Positions 45,995-56,910 of a stretch of DNA of 64,000 nt are shown here, one piece after another. The notes under the pieces were generated by a model, which was not told the DNA's origin, searched no databases, and saw only the letters and a program-made list of their open reading frames with translations. The stretch's first letter is position 1, and the number at the start of each line of letters is the position of its first letter. The translations under genes and the position numbers were made by a program. This stretch comes from an uncultured virus (IMG/VR IMGVR_UViG_3300028557_000015) (lineage: Duplodnaviria > Heunggongvirae > Uroviricota > Caudoviricetes), in the IMG/VR virus record IMGVR_UViG_3300028557_000015, positions 1 through 64,000 of that record. One strand, written 5' to 3'.

Positions 45995-47176
45995 TTAAAC
46001 CGGTTTAGTATCCGTCACATAATTAAACCAAATATTTTTCTTAGATAGTGATAGAAAATTTACAAAGTTTTTTATTATTTTTCTATGGTCTGCATTACGT
46101 CTATAATCAATTACGTTCAATGTGGACATTCCATGCTGTAATAATTTTTCATTATATTCATCGTATGCAGTAGATAGCATATGTTCTTTATACAAAAATA
46201 ATGCCTTTTCATAATGTTTATTAATCGGAGTTGCTATCTTCTTCATTGTTTCATCAAATATTTTTTCTCTCATTTCTAATGATAATAGTTCAATAGAATA
46301 ATGATCGGGACTTTGTAATTTGCTAACATATATTTCTAACTCAGGGTAATTAGATTGTGACCAATTAAAATATTCGGCAAATGTCAAACAATTCATCCAA
46401 GAAAGTGTGTAATGTGCCCCTATTCCAAAATTAGAATATTTAGTTTTTAATGCATAAAAACTATTAGACACCTGTTCTAAATTTTCAAATGATGATCCGT
46501 AGCGTAAATATTCGAACTCTTCACCAATACCATCTATACTAAGCTGAACGCCTACTCTAAGAAACTTGTCTAAATATTTTGTTAGCTTATCTGTATAAGT
46601 CGTGCCGTTTGTAGTGAGAGCTACCGTAGTTTGTTTAGCATACGGTTGTTCAGATAACCAATCCATAAATTCAAAAATTGCCGGATTAATTAGTGGTTCT
46701 CCACCTAATATATCAAAACGTAATCTATTAAATGTAGCATTAGCTAAAGTAGTTTTTATAAAATCTATTTTTTTTGGAGCTTGTTTAGCTACTACTTCCG
46801 TAATATATTTTCTAGTATATTCAGCATCAACCTTCTCATCAAATTTAAATCTCTCTGCAAGAATTTGAGTGCTATTATTAGGCGTACAAGTAACACATTT
46901 TAAATTACAAATATTGTCGAATGATGCGGTTATAACCATTTCATTTGGATCTTTAAACATTTGTCTATAACTATAACTTCCGCCTTGGTCTTGTTTAATA
47001 CAATAATCACAATTGTATTCTAAATCCATTTCAGAAAGTTGTTGTTTATAATCATTAATGTCTGTGGCATCTATGTATGTTTTGAACCAACAACAGGGTC
47101 TATATGGTTTTTCTTCGTTAGCAATAAAAATACTATTTTTTAATGCTAAACAATTTTTATAGGGAGTTAAATCCAT
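45995..47176 (-). CDS. radical SAM protein (subfamily B, short N-domain)
   Basis: CNLKCVTC, LGGEP, TTNG; N-terminal C..RPCCWF..CDYC. Confidence 0.9.
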   Translation of the reverse strand: MDLTPYKNCLALKNSIFIANEEKPYRPCCWFKTYIDATDINDYKQQLSEMDLEYNCDYCIKQDQGGSYSYRQMFKDPNEMVITASFDNICNLKCVTCTPNNSTQILAERFKFDEKVDAEYTRKYITEVVAKQAPKKIDFIKTTLANATFNRLRFDILGGEPLINPAIFEFMDWLSEQPYAKQTTVALTTNGTTYTDKLTKYLDKFLRVGVQLSIDGIGEEFEYLRYGSSFENLEQVSNSFYALKTKYSNFGIGAHYTLSWMNCLTFAEYFNWSQSNYPELEIYVSKLQSPDHYSIELLSLEMREKIFDETMKKIATPINKHYEKALFLYKEHMLSTAYDEYNEKLLQHGMSTLNVIDYRRNADHRKIIKNFVNFLSLSKKNIWFNYVTDTKPV

Positions 47177-47178
47177 TA

Positions 47179-48480
47179 TTATTTCTCTTGTATAAATTCT
47201 ATCATATCTGTATGCTCAGTAAACACTTTTAAAAAATCTTCATTACGAACTCGATCATATTTATTGTTTACTTCTTTAAAAGTGTCTTTGTATATAAAAT
47301 CATCGCCGGAATCAAAACTATTCATAAAACTAATGGCATCAGTAAATTGTTTTATGGTACTATCATATACTTTAAAAAATTTATTATTATCACTTGATTT
47401 TATACTACGTAACCAGTCAATATGTTCTAAAAACTTTTGTTCAATTTGTTTCTTTTTCCATGTAGGTATGCCTTTTAATGAGTACCTATCAGGATCATCT
47501 AAACAACCGACATTAATTTTATTTGGATTTATGTAACCCAACATTACCCATTCTTTATGCAAGTCAGGTAAATTAAATGCATTAACCCAAGACAATGTGT
47601 AATTAATAGAAATCCGAGCACGAGGATTGTCATTTATTACTGTTTTTAAATTATCAACTATATCATTCCACTTTGTTCCCTTGCGCCAATATTCAGCTCG
47701 TTCGTAACTACCGTCAAGGCTTAAATTTAAAACAACCTTTGGAAATTGTCTCCATAAATCAATAGCAAAACGATTACCTAATTTCAATGAACTAAAATTA
47801 GTACTATAGACAATCATGGGAAGTTTATTAATTACACCTGTATTTTTTAAATTAATTAAATTTTCTAATATCAAATAATGTTCTACTTGCATCATAGGCT
47901 CGCCACCTGCAAAATAAATACGTTCTACATATGGCAACTGCTCTATAATTTCTTCTAAAAGATGTTCTTTTGTATTACCAGGATACAACAGTGTTTTGGG
48001 GAATTCATTGTATGCGTTTTCATCCCTTGTATTTTGATAATCATCGTACCAACTTGTACTAAATCTAGGACCACATGTTCTACATTTAAAATTGCATAAA
48101 TTGTTAAATCTTGCGTCTATGTATTTTAATTCATGTGTTGGCAACGAACCATCAACATTAGTCTGCTCAACCAAATTTTGTATTTGGTTATTCCAAATTA
48201 TATTGACCTCATCTCGGTGAGTAGTACTTATACCTTCTCTACCATTGCATTTTGAACAACCCTGTATGGTAACACCATTAAGCATATCTAAACGCATTTG
48301 TTTGGTAAGGTCATTGTTCCAAAGTTCTTTAAGACTATTATCTTTAAGATTTCCTATACCTTCTTTGTTAGGATTATATATACAGCAGGGTTTTACGTCT
48401 CCGGTCGTATCTACATATTGGTGTATCCATGGATATATGCAAAATGTTTTACTGGTTGCCGCTTTTTCTATAGAGTTCAT
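47179..48480 (-). CDS. radical SAM protein (subfamily B)
   Basis: CNFKCRTC, AGGEP; N-terminal CIYPW..PCC..CSKC. Confidence 0.92.
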   Translation of the reverse strand: MNSIEKAATSKTFCIYPWIHQYVDTTGDVKPCCIYNPNKEGIGNLKDNSLKELWNNDLTKQMRLDMLNGVTIQGCSKCNGREGISTTHRDEVNIIWNNQIQNLVEQTNVDGSLPTHELKYIDARFNNLCNFKCRTCGPRFSTSWYDDYQNTRDENAYNEFPKTLLYPGNTKEHLLEEIIEQLPYVERIYFAGGEPMMQVEHYLILENLINLKNTGVINKLPMIVYSTNFSSLKLGNRFAIDLWRQFPKVVLNLSLDGSYERAEYWRKGTKWNDIVDNLKTVINDNPRARISINYTLSWVNAFNLPDLHKEWVMLGYINPNKINVGCLDDPDRYSLKGIPTWKKKQIEQKFLEHIDWLRSIKSSDNNKFFKVYDSTIKQFTDAISFMNSFDSGDDFIYKDTFKEVNNKYDRVRNEDFLKVFTEHTDMIEFIQEK

Positions 48481-49631
48481 ATAATGTTGTTTGTTTTTAG
48501 TAAATCTATCATTGGTTTAAAAGTTTTATTGAAATCTGAATTTCTATTTATAAGTTTGTCATTTCTATTTAAAGTATTAATACCGGTTTGTATAGTATAT
48601 CTTAATCTTGTATTATCAGGGGTATTAAGCATATGTTGTTTGTAATATTTAAGTCCAGATTGTACACCTCTACTGTTAGAATCAGTGGTAAGTTTTGATA
48701 CTTCTTCAACTATTTGTTTACGTAATTCTATTGGTAAAATGTTAATAGCGTATTCAAATGGCCACTCAAGTTTTGTAACCAATATATGATTTATTTTAGG
48801 ATAATTAATATTGACCCAATTAAAAAATTCTTTAATGTGTAATGAGTTCATCCAAGTCAACGTGTAGTTCATTGATATTGCAAATTTTTCAGGGTATAAT
48901 GTGAGTAACTCATAAAATTTACTGGTTACCTGTTCAAGGGTAGAAAACTTTGCGCCAAAACGTACATATTCAAATGTATTTTCTATACCATCAATGCTAA
49001 GTTGCAATAAAAATTTTCGAAAATATTTTATGTATTTTAAAATTCTATCATCAAATGTAGTACCATTAGTAGTAAGATTTACCTGTGCCATTGGAGCATA
49101 CGGTTGTTCTATTAACCAATCTAAAAAATCATACACTACGGGATTTATTAACGGTTCACCTCCTAATATTTCTAGGTTTATTGTTCGATGAGTAACGCTA
49201 TTAGCGTCGGATAGCATTTTTTTTAAAAATTCAGCTTTTATCGGTCGCTTTTTGTGAATTGAAGTATATATTTTTTTCTGTGTAGAATTTTTAATTTCAG
49301 TAGCCAATTGAGAACTATTTGTAGGTGAGCAAGTAATACATTTTAAATTACATAAATTATCAAAAGAAATAGATACTGTAATAAAGTTTTCATTTTCGAG
49401 ATCCATGTAATTCATTCGGTGACTCCATGTGCCACCATTAGACTCTGTTTCAATACAATATCTACAATTTTCTTCAACGTCTAATTGTGATAATTTCTGT
49501 TGATATTCTTCATATGAATTAGCATCAATAGGATTTTTAAACCAACAACAAGGTCTAAACGGTGGTTCTTCATTACCTATGAAGATTGCATTTTTATGTG
49601 CCCTACATTCTTTAAATGGAGTTAGATCCAT
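48477..49631 (-). CDS. radical SAM protein (subfamily B, short N-domain)
   Basis: CNLKCITC, LGGEP, TTNG; close paralogue of 45995..47176. Confidence 0.9.
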   Translation of the reverse strand: MDLTPFKECRAHKNAIFIGNEEPPFRPCCWFKNPIDANSYEEYQQKLSQLDVEENCRYCIETESNGGTWSHRMNYMDLENENFITVSISFDNLCNLKCITCSPTNSSQLATEIKNSTQKKIYTSIHKKRPIKAEFLKKMLSDANSVTHRTINLEILGGEPLINPVVYDFLDWLIEQPYAPMAQVNLTTNGTTFDDRILKYIKYFRKFLLQLSIDGIENTFEYVRFGAKFSTLEQVTSKFYELLTLYPEKFAISMNYTLTWMNSLHIKEFFNWVNINYPKINHILVTKLEWPFEYAINILPIELRKQIVEEVSKLTTDSNSRGVQSGLKYYKQHMLNTPDNTRLRYTIQTGINTLNRNDKLINRNSDFNKTFKPMIDLLKTNNII

Positions 49632-50908
49632 GCAGATAACTCCGGAAAGTTTTCTTCAAAGTTCTTATCGCGGCGTTTGTCATATTCACTAATGAATTTT
49701 GCAAACTGTTGCCTACGCCATTCACGGTCATCAGTTGTCATTGTGTCATGTCTTGCTTTCCAAAAATCATAGACCATCTGCCATGTTTCACGTTCTACAT
49801 TTGCAATCTGACCATTATCAACTATAAACGTATTCATTTTGGTAAAATACTTGTCACAATAATCTGGAAGTATTCTTAAATCAAACTGTTTAGGGTCAAC
49901 TAATCTTGCACAGTTAAACATAATATCAACACCTTCACTACGCATTTGAATGATTTTCTCAGCAAACGTTTGAAAGTTGAAGATACTCATTAGTCCAAAT
50001 GTAACCATTACACGAATAGGTACACGGAATGTTGTGCTGACTTTGCGTACAGTTTGTTCCCAACGTGCAATATCTAAACCATCACGTATGTACTCAGCCT
50101 GAGGCCCCCATGTATCCATACTAGTGTAAACTTCTAAACCTTTGATAGTTTTAGCGTTTAATAGTGTTGTTGCTTTTTCAAAGAACATATTTAAATTTTT
50201 ATCAGGCACACATAGGTTTGTATTAACGACTAATGTTAAGTTTGGATTATGATTTTGTGATACAAAGTCTAACAACTTCATAAAGTTTCGTGTTGCCAAT
50301 GGTTCACCACCTGTGATACGCAAATACTTCAAGTCTTTGTATGCGTCAGGCAACCATTTCCAGAATGCGTCAATATATGGATTGTTATCTTCTGGGAGCA
50401 TGTCATGTAATTTATCAGCATGAACAGTGGGATCCTCTACTGGATAGCTTCCATACTTGCGTACCTCGTTCTCCCACTTACTTGATTGCCCCGGACTGCA
50501 ATAACTACAACCAAAGTTACATACATTACTAAAACTTAATTCCAAGTAGCTTGGGTTCACGTGTCTATCAAACGGTGCATCAATCAGTTCTTGTCTACGT
50601 TCAATAGCATATGCTTCATTAGTGAAACGTTTGCGGTCACTGATAACATCAGGATTGATTGATTCCATGTCAAAGCAATAATAACATTCTTTTGGCTTCT
50701 CGCCATTCATCATCTGTCTACGCTGTTCAATCTTGTGTGCGGTGTTATGTAACATACTAGGATCACGCTGTACATCTTCTAAGTTCCAACGATGAATAGG
50801 TGGGTGATAGCATGAGTGATTCTCACCCATACCAAAATGCATAGTGGCCATCAACCATTTAGCTGAACAGAATGAATCTTTAATTTTATCGGGTATAATT
50901 GGTATCAT
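49622..50908 (-). CDS. radical SAM protein (subfamily A)
   Basis: CNFGCSYC, TGGEP; N-terminal CSAKW..SCYHP..CYYC. Confidence 0.92.
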   Translation of the reverse strand: MIPIIPDKIKDSFCSAKWLMATMHFGMGENHSCYHPPIHRWNLEDVQRDPSMLHNTAHKIEQRRQMMNGEKPKECYYCFDMESINPDVISDRKRFTNEAYAIERRQELIDAPFDRHVNPSYLELSFSNVCNFGCSYCSPGQSSKWENEVRKYGSYPVEDPTVHADKLHDMLPEDNNPYIDAFWKWLPDAYKDLKYLRITGGEPLATRNFMKLLDFVSQNHNPNLTLVVNTNLCVPDKNLNMFFEKATTLLNAKTIKGLEVYTSMDTWGPQAEYIRDGLDIARWEQTVRKVSTTFRVPIRVMVTFGLMSIFNFQTFAEKIIQMRSEGVDIMFNCARLVDPKQFDLRILPDYCDKYFTKMNTFIVDNGQIANVERETWQMVYDFWKARHDTMTTDDREWRRQQFAKFISEYDKRRDKNFEENFPELSAWI

Positions 50909-52083
50909 AGTATATCTTTTAATTCTGGTATATAGTTATTATAATCTAAACCACGTGCGTTGTCAACTGCTATTATAAATTCTTTTGCTTTCTTTAACAA
51001 GTCGGGCTGGTACGGTTCATGTAATTTATTTAATAAATCTTTGCGTTGCCATTCATGTAATCTGTTTGCATAATGACTACGCAATTCTTCTTTATAAAAA
51101 TCGGGTAATGCCGCAATACTTAGATAGTCCGGGTATAATACATAGTTGTGATGCGGTGTTTTGTTATAGTTTGTTTCCAACCAATTACCAAACTCTGCTA
51201 GATGGTAGATATTTAAAATGCTAACAGTCTGTGTTACATGCCAATTTAAGTTTGGCAACTTAGTTAGTTTCTCAATACTCGCTATTGTTTCTTCCCACTG
51301 AGTAGGATAACGTATGTAATAGTTACGATTACCCAAATCGTCAATGCTTGCATTGACTGTGACTTGCTTAAATTCTTTCCATAACTCAATTAGTCTGTCA
51401 GGTATATCCATCATGTTCAAACTATAAACTAGATGAACGTTTTGTGCTGTACCCAATGTAATCAAGTGCTTTAAGTATTCAAAGTGAGCCTTAATCAATG
51501 TAGGTTCACCACCATTGATATAGATTTCTTCTACATTTTGACTTTTGTTTGCTAAATCCCAATAGAAATCTTCATTCTCAAACCATTTGAAATTCTCCAT
51601 TGCACGTAGTTTAAACCAAGGTAATACGTTAGCAATCTTCTTCTCATCAGGGTACCACTTAGTACTGCTATAACTATTACATGTTAAGCAGGCATTGTTG
51701 CACACATTACCCAAACGTAGCTCTACATATATTAAATTAATGTCTTTTAGTTTTGCTGATTTTTCAAGTTTAGGGATAATGTGTGCCCAACGCTCATTCT
51801 CATACTGGCGTTTACTTTTAATGCCAGCATCTTCATCTTTCCAGCAACCTTCACATTCAATAGGTCGTTTGCCGTCAATCATTGCTTGTCTAACTTCAAC
51901 AAACTTTTCACTGTTCATTATATCTTCCACGCTATCATCGTCTAGCATGACAAGATTTTGTGTATTAGATTTCTTTGCCCAACTTACCGCATCAGTATGA
52001 TTGCTACGGCAACAGAGGCTTGCGCCTCCGTTTGGATGTGTGGCTAAATGCATCCAAGGTAATACGCATAGAGTGTTACTCAT
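50905..52083 (-). CDS. radical SAM protein (subfamily B)
   Basis: CNNACLTC, NGGEP; N-terminal CVLPW..LCC..CEGC. Confidence 0.92.
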   Translation of the reverse strand: MSNTLCVLPWMHLATHPNGGASLCCRSNHTDAVSWAKKSNTQNLVMLDDDSVEDIMNSEKFVEVRQAMIDGKRPIECEGCWKDEDAGIKSKRQYENERWAHIIPKLEKSAKLKDINLIYVELRLGNVCNNACLTCNSYSSTKWYPDEKKIANVLPWFKLRAMENFKWFENEDFYWDLANKSQNVEEIYINGGEPTLIKAHFEYLKHLITLGTAQNVHLVYSLNMMDIPDRLIELWKEFKQVTVNASIDDLGNRNYYIRYPTQWEETIASIEKLTKLPNLNWHVTQTVSILNIYHLAEFGNWLETNYNKTPHHNYVLYPDYLSIAALPDFYKEELRSHYANRLHEWQRKDLLNKLHEPYQPDLLKKAKEFIIAVDNARGLDYNNYIPELKDIL

Positions 52084-53300
52084 TGTATATATTCTCTCAT
52101 ATTTTCGTGTTCAGGGAAGTATTCAAAAAAATCTTTATTTCTTATACTATCTAGTATGAAGTGTTTTTCAAATTTTTCTTTGTTTATTGGTATTGATTCA
52201 GAAAACATAAACATTTTAATATTTTCTATATTTGTTTTTATTGCAGATCCACCTAAAAATCTGCCAAATTTACCCCCATCTAAATCTATGATAAACGTAT
52301 CTAACATAGTTGCTATTTCTTGTTTTTTAAAGTCAGGTAATTCTTGTAGATTAAATTCATGGCTTTCGTCTAAGCACCATATGGTAAAATTATACCTTAA
52401 TGATAATTTTTCTTGTAATAACGTTTTAATTAATTCCACGTAACTATAAACATTAACCCAAGAAATTACACTGTGTATAGACCATTGAACGTTACTTTCT
52501 TTAATAAGTTTTATATTAGCAAGTATGTCTCCCCAAACAGTTCCGTCTCTCCAATATTCTGCTCTTTTACCTTCGGCATCAATGCTTGTTTGTACATGTA
52601 CACTTTTAAAATGTTTCCAATAATCAAACACTGAATTATTTTTATATGTCAATCTACTAGTATTTGTAGAATATACTAACTCGACATTTTTAGCAGTATC
52701 ATTATCAACATAATATTTTAAAATGTTCCAATGTTCTTCTTGCATCATTGGTTCACCACCTGCAAAATATATCCTAGTAACATTAGGATATTGATTTTCT
52801 ATTTCCGATATTATATTTTTATTTTGAGTAATACCACGTTCCGGTGTTTTGTGAAATCTGTTCAATGAAGTATTTTGTATGTGCTCGACTGCAATAGAAC
52901 TACTAAACAATGGATTACATGTCCTACATTTAAAATTACAAAGATTGTTAAATCGTAAATCTAAATAATACAATTTAAATTCATCAATTGATCCATCACT
53001 ATTCGTTGTTGTCCTAACTATGTCCGCAACATCTTTCATTGTGCGATTAGAATTTTGTCTCATTGACTTAAATCCCATATCTTCTTTTTTATAACATGAT
53101 GAACATATATCATTTTTTATGCCATTTGTCATGTCTACACGTAATTGTTTCATGGCATCACTGTTCCATGCTTCTGCTAACTTTGCATCCCCGTACTGAT
53201 TTAATGGTTTTCCTACACAACAAGGTGCAATTTTACCATCAGGACCTACATATAAATGTGACCATGGCAATACGCACCATACGTCATCATTGTTTTGCAT
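52080..53300 (-). CDS. radical SAM protein (subfamily B)
   Basis: CNFKCRTC, AGGEP; N-terminal CVLPW..PCC..CSSC. Confidence 0.92.
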   Translation of the reverse strand: MQNNDDVWCVLPWSHLYVGPDGKIAPCCVGKPLNQYGDAKLAEAWNSDAMKQLRVDMTNGIKNDICSSCYKKEDMGFKSMRQNSNRTMKDVADIVRTTTNSDGSIDEFKLYYLDLRFNNLCNFKCRTCNPLFSSSIAVEHIQNTSLNRFHKTPERGITQNKNIISEIENQYPNVTRIYFAGGEPMMQEEHWNILKYYVDNDTAKNVELVYSTNTSRLTYKNNSVFDYWKHFKSVHVQTSIDAEGKRAEYWRDGTVWGDILANIKLIKESNVQWSIHSVISWVNVYSYVELIKTLLQEKLSLRYNFTIWCLDESHEFNLQELPDFKKQEIATMLDTFIIDLDGGKFGRFLGGSAIKTNIENIKMFMFSESIPINKEKFEKHFILDSIRNKDFFEYFPEHENMREYIQ

Positions 53301-53982
53301 AAACTACTTTACCCGGTACGTATGGATTTTCAAATCCATTAAATTGATTTACTATCTTTCCGTTAAAACTATCATCGTGTGTTAAAATATAACTGTAAGT
53401 TTGGTCAAAAATGTGTGAGTACAATTCTGGTTTATCATATAAGAAATAAGGACACATACAACTAAAGGTAATTTCCTTTGTTCTACATCTTGCCATGGTT
53501 GATATTAAATGCATAGCAAATGATTTGGCGCTAGGATATCCCACTCCTTCTGGATAATTTTCACGTTCATATTGAAATGACATTGTGGAACCCATATATA
53601 CTACTTTACTGCCGACAATTAAATTGTCATACAATGATGCAATAATTTGATGAGGAATAGTTACTGCTCTGTTTATTGTTTGAACATACTCAATAGGATT
53701 TGGTTCTTTAAATAGTTGATTTGCTAATCCTGGATAACCTGATCCATTTTGATTAAACAATATAATATCAATTACGGATAGTTCACTGGACAATTCTAAA
53801 CATTTACTTTTAACTTGTTTAGTATCACTATAGTTGATATATCTATCATCTATGTGATTAGTATTGTGATCCTTATATGAAAAATTTATTACACGATTAC
53901 CATCATCTCTGGCTTTTTTCACAAATTGATTTCCAAATTTATCAGGTGTTCCTCCACCCACTACTAAAATATTTTTACTCAT
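53287..53982 (-). CDS. short-chain dehydrogenase/reductase-like protein
   Basis: N-terminal ILVVGGG..KFG Rossmann motif, DIILFN, YMGS, YPSAK (YxxxK). Confidence 0.7.
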   Translation of the reverse strand: MSKNILVVGGGTPDKFGNQFVKKARDDGNRVINFSYKDHNTNHIDDRYINYSDTKQVKSKCLELSSELSVIDIILFNQNGSGYPGLANQLFKEPNPIEYVQTINRAVTIPHQIIASLYDNLIVGSKVVYMGSTMSFQYERENYPEGVGYPSAKSFAMHLISTMARCRTKEITFSCMCPYFLYDKPELYSHIFDQTYSYILTHDDSFNGKIVNQFNGFENPYVPGKVVYAKQ

Positions 53983-55379
53983 TGTATGCTATCCCACCAT
54001 GTTAATAATTTAGGGTTTCGACTATATATGTTACGCATTGTGACTTTCTCATCACCTCGTATCTTTTCTAAGTGTTCAACCCAACGTTTGCCATTCAATC
54101 TTGCAGTTTTATACTTATCAGGCCATTCTTCTTCATGCGTTTTGCGGCTGTCTTTTAATGCCTGTAAATTGCCAATAAAACTACGTTGTTTCCAAGTAGC
54201 ACGTGATTCGCAATATAAAAGTATGTCATCTACCATTTCATTTAATATTTCACGTGGCCAACTAGTTGGACTCCACATAATATCTGGATGAAATGCAAAT
54301 GTAATCTTTGTAATAATTTCAACATCTAATTCAATGCTTAAATCAAACAACTCTTTTAACGAGAACATTCCGGGTGCGGTAATAGTCAAATCTAACTTCA
54401 TCTTGTCTTTACCACCGGGCAATGCTAAACCTTGTTTAAAATTTTCTAACCATTTGTCCCATTTGATTCCAGTACGGATGTATTCTACAATATCACCTGT
54501 ACCATCAATGCTAGCACACATCATCCAATCCTTGTAATGTGGTAGGTAGTCATATAAGTTTTTCTGACCAAATTGAACACGACTTAAATTACTATTATAG
54601 CGCATATAGCAATTCTTGGCAGAGCCATTTTTTAACATTTCTTCTAATGTCCACCAATGAACATCATACATCAATGGTTCGCCACCAACCCAATACATTT
54701 CTTCTACGATACCACGACTTACTGCATCACGAAATTCAGGTTCAACCACATTTTGTTGAAAGTCTTGCATTGCTGATTTAATTTCAGGAACCATAAAGGG
54801 TTGATTTTTAGGAGTCCACATATTATGAATCTTCTTTTCAGTTTCCCATGTTGAACTTAATTGTTCACCACACATGCGACACTTAAAATTACATAGATTA
54901 CTAAAACGATAATCAAAACTTATTGGCTCCATTGAAGTGAATCCAGTATCGTCTGTAGTATCAAATGCTTGTTGAATTTTATCTTTAAACAATACGCCAG
55001 TGAACCATCCACGATAGCTTTCACCCTCCATCAATAAGTTTTTATTGCACACATCACATTGAGGTATCTCTTCACCTCGCATTAGTTTTACACGAATATC
55101 TTTCATGTAGTCACTATTCCAGTGTTCTTTTAAACTTACTGGTTGGTAATCATCCAATGCAGTTTTACTTTCAGTTACAGCGCCATACTTTGAATCGTTA
55201 CTACTATCAATATATTGCTTTTGAAATGAATGTTCTTCTCTGCTAGCACAACACATCCTACGTTCGCTTTGTGGACTGATATAGGTATGTGTCCAGGGTG
55301 CCATACAAAATACTTTATTGGGGCTATCTGGATGCGGTTTAGCATCTGTTCCCCATATTGGCATTATTTTATTTGTCAT
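53979..55379 (-). CDS. radical SAM protein (subfamily B)
   Basis: CNFKCRMC, VGGEP; N-terminal CMAPW..MCC..CDVC. Confidence 0.92.
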   Translation of the reverse strand: MTNKIMPIWGTDAKPHPDSPNKVFCMAPWTHTYISPQSERRMCCASREEHSFQKQYIDSSNDSKYGAVTESKTALDDYQPVSLKEHWNSDYMKDIRVKLMRGEEIPQCDVCNKNLLMEGESYRGWFTGVLFKDKIQQAFDTTDDTGFTSMEPISFDYRFSNLCNFKCRMCGEQLSSTWETEKKIHNMWTPKNQPFMVPEIKSAMQDFQQNVVEPEFRDAVSRGIVEEMYWVGGEPLMYDVHWWTLEEMLKNGSAKNCYMRYNSNLSRVQFGQKNLYDYLPHYKDWMMCASIDGTGDIVEYIRTGIKWDKWLENFKQGLALPGGKDKMKLDLTITAPGMFSLKELFDLSIELDVEIITKITFAFHPDIMWSPTSWPREILNEMVDDILLYCESRATWKQRSFIGNLQALKDSRKTHEEEWPDKYKTARLNGKRWVEHLEKIRGDEKVTMRNIYSRNPKLLTWWDSIQ

Positions 55380-56902
55380 TGTAAATCTGGATTAACAAAC
55401 ACATCTTTACTTGGATCTTCAGGCGGATGATCCGGTATTAAATCAACACCTTGACGATAATTTTGTGTGTTAATTTCCTCTGCAGTGGGCAACTCTGTTT
55501 GAATACTATCATAGAAAGCAACAAACTCTGGCGGGAATGTTGCACGGAAGTTCTTACCACGACGGACATCATACTGAGCATAGAACTGTTTAAAGTCTCT
55601 ACGATTCTGTTCAATGTCTTTAACATTCTTATGAGGAGTCTTAATAACGTCAAGGTAATCAATCAATCGTTGAGTCTGTTCACGTTCAATGCTCATAAGC
55701 ATTTGTTTACCATCACTTGTACGGAAATCCATAGCAATCTGATTATCTAACCATACTTGCAATTGGTCTTTATACTTCTGACGAATCTCTGTTGGCAACA
55801 TAGCACAAGATTGGAAGCTAGGGAAGCGCAAGATGTTCAAGCTCATCGTAGGATAAACTGTGTTATGAATCTTTTTGAATTCCATCATCTGATCCATGAA
55901 CTGAACAATACTAGACAAACATAAGCTATTGATAGTCATCATCATGTGTGTCTTTTTGATGTTACCTTCAGTGTGCAATCTACCTAAGTTATGAATCCAT
56001 TTGTTCCAATCAAAGCCATCACGTATATATTCAGCGTGAGAACCAAATGCTTCACAGCTTGTATAGACTTCCATGTAGGGGACAAAGTGACTATACTCAA
56101 TTAACTTGTCCATAATATCATCTTTGGGAACTAAGTTACTATTGATAGCATAACGTAATACTTTACCATCTGGACGATTTGTGGCACGTTCTTGATTATT
56201 ACGGAACCATTCAAAAAGCTTCCATACACCAGGAGCCATAAGTGGTTCACCACCTGTAATTCGAATTTCTTCTAAGTTGTCAGCAAGTCCTTCTTCCCAC
56301 CAACGCCAGAACGCTTGAATGTATGGGTTAATGTCATCTGGTAATGGCTTAGCATGGTCAGCTTCATTAATAAAGTGACTACGTGCATCACCGTCGATAT
56401 TACGATAAGGACCAAACTTGTGAATATCTTTAACCCATGTTGTGCTGAAACTTGGATTGCAATAACTACAGGCAAAGTTACATGTACGGTCAAAAGAAAT
56501 CTCTAATGTTTTCAACATTGTATTCTCTTGCCAATCAGCTTTAGCAGTTTTAAGAATGTCTGATTCTTCAAATACAGCAGTTTTGTAAACACGGTCACTC
56601 ATGTTATCACGACCAATATCTTCAATCTTCCAACAGTATTCACACTCTTGTGGGCGTTTACCTTCTTGCATCAACTTACGCATATACTTCTTATGTGGAG
56701 TATTGTGAATTGCTGATGGATTAGTGAGTAACTCTGCCGCATCAATTTGATGCCCCAATGGGTGGTGACAACTAGTTGTTTGTCCGTTACCCAACCATAT
56801 TGTAGCGTTTAGCCACTTAGCGGCACAATAGCTATCGCTAATAGGGTCAATAAGTCTTGCTTTGTATTGTGCGAATGATTCTTCGTGTTTCTTGCCTGCC
56901 AT
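55376..56902 (-). CDS. radical SAM protein (subfamily A)
   Basis: CNFACSYC, TGGEP; N-terminal CAAKW..SCHHP..CEYC. Confidence 0.92.
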   Translation of the reverse strand: MAGKKHEESFAQYKARLIDPISDSYCAAKWLNATIWLGNGQTTSCHHPLGHQIDAAELLTNPSAIHNTPHKKYMRKLMQEGKRPQECEYCWKIEDIGRDNMSDRVYKTAVFEESDILKTAKADWQENTMLKTLEISFDRTCNFACSYCNPSFSTTWVKDIHKFGPYRNIDGDARSHFINEADHAKPLPDDINPYIQAFWRWWEEGLADNLEEIRITGGEPLMAPGVWKLFEWFRNNQERATNRPDGKVLRYAINSNLVPKDDIMDKLIEYSHFVPYMEVYTSCEAFGSHAEYIRDGFDWNKWIHNLGRLHTEGNIKKTHMMMTINSLCLSSIVQFMDQMMEFKKIHNTVYPTMSLNILRFPSFQSCAMLPTEIRQKYKDQLQVWLDNQIAMDFRTSDGKQMLMSIEREQTQRLIDYLDVIKTPHKNVKDIEQNRRDFKQFYAQYDVRRGKNFRATFPPEFVAFYDSIQTELPTAEEINTQNYRQGVDLIPDHPPEDPSKDVFVNPDLQ

Positions 56903-56910
56903 TTTATTCC

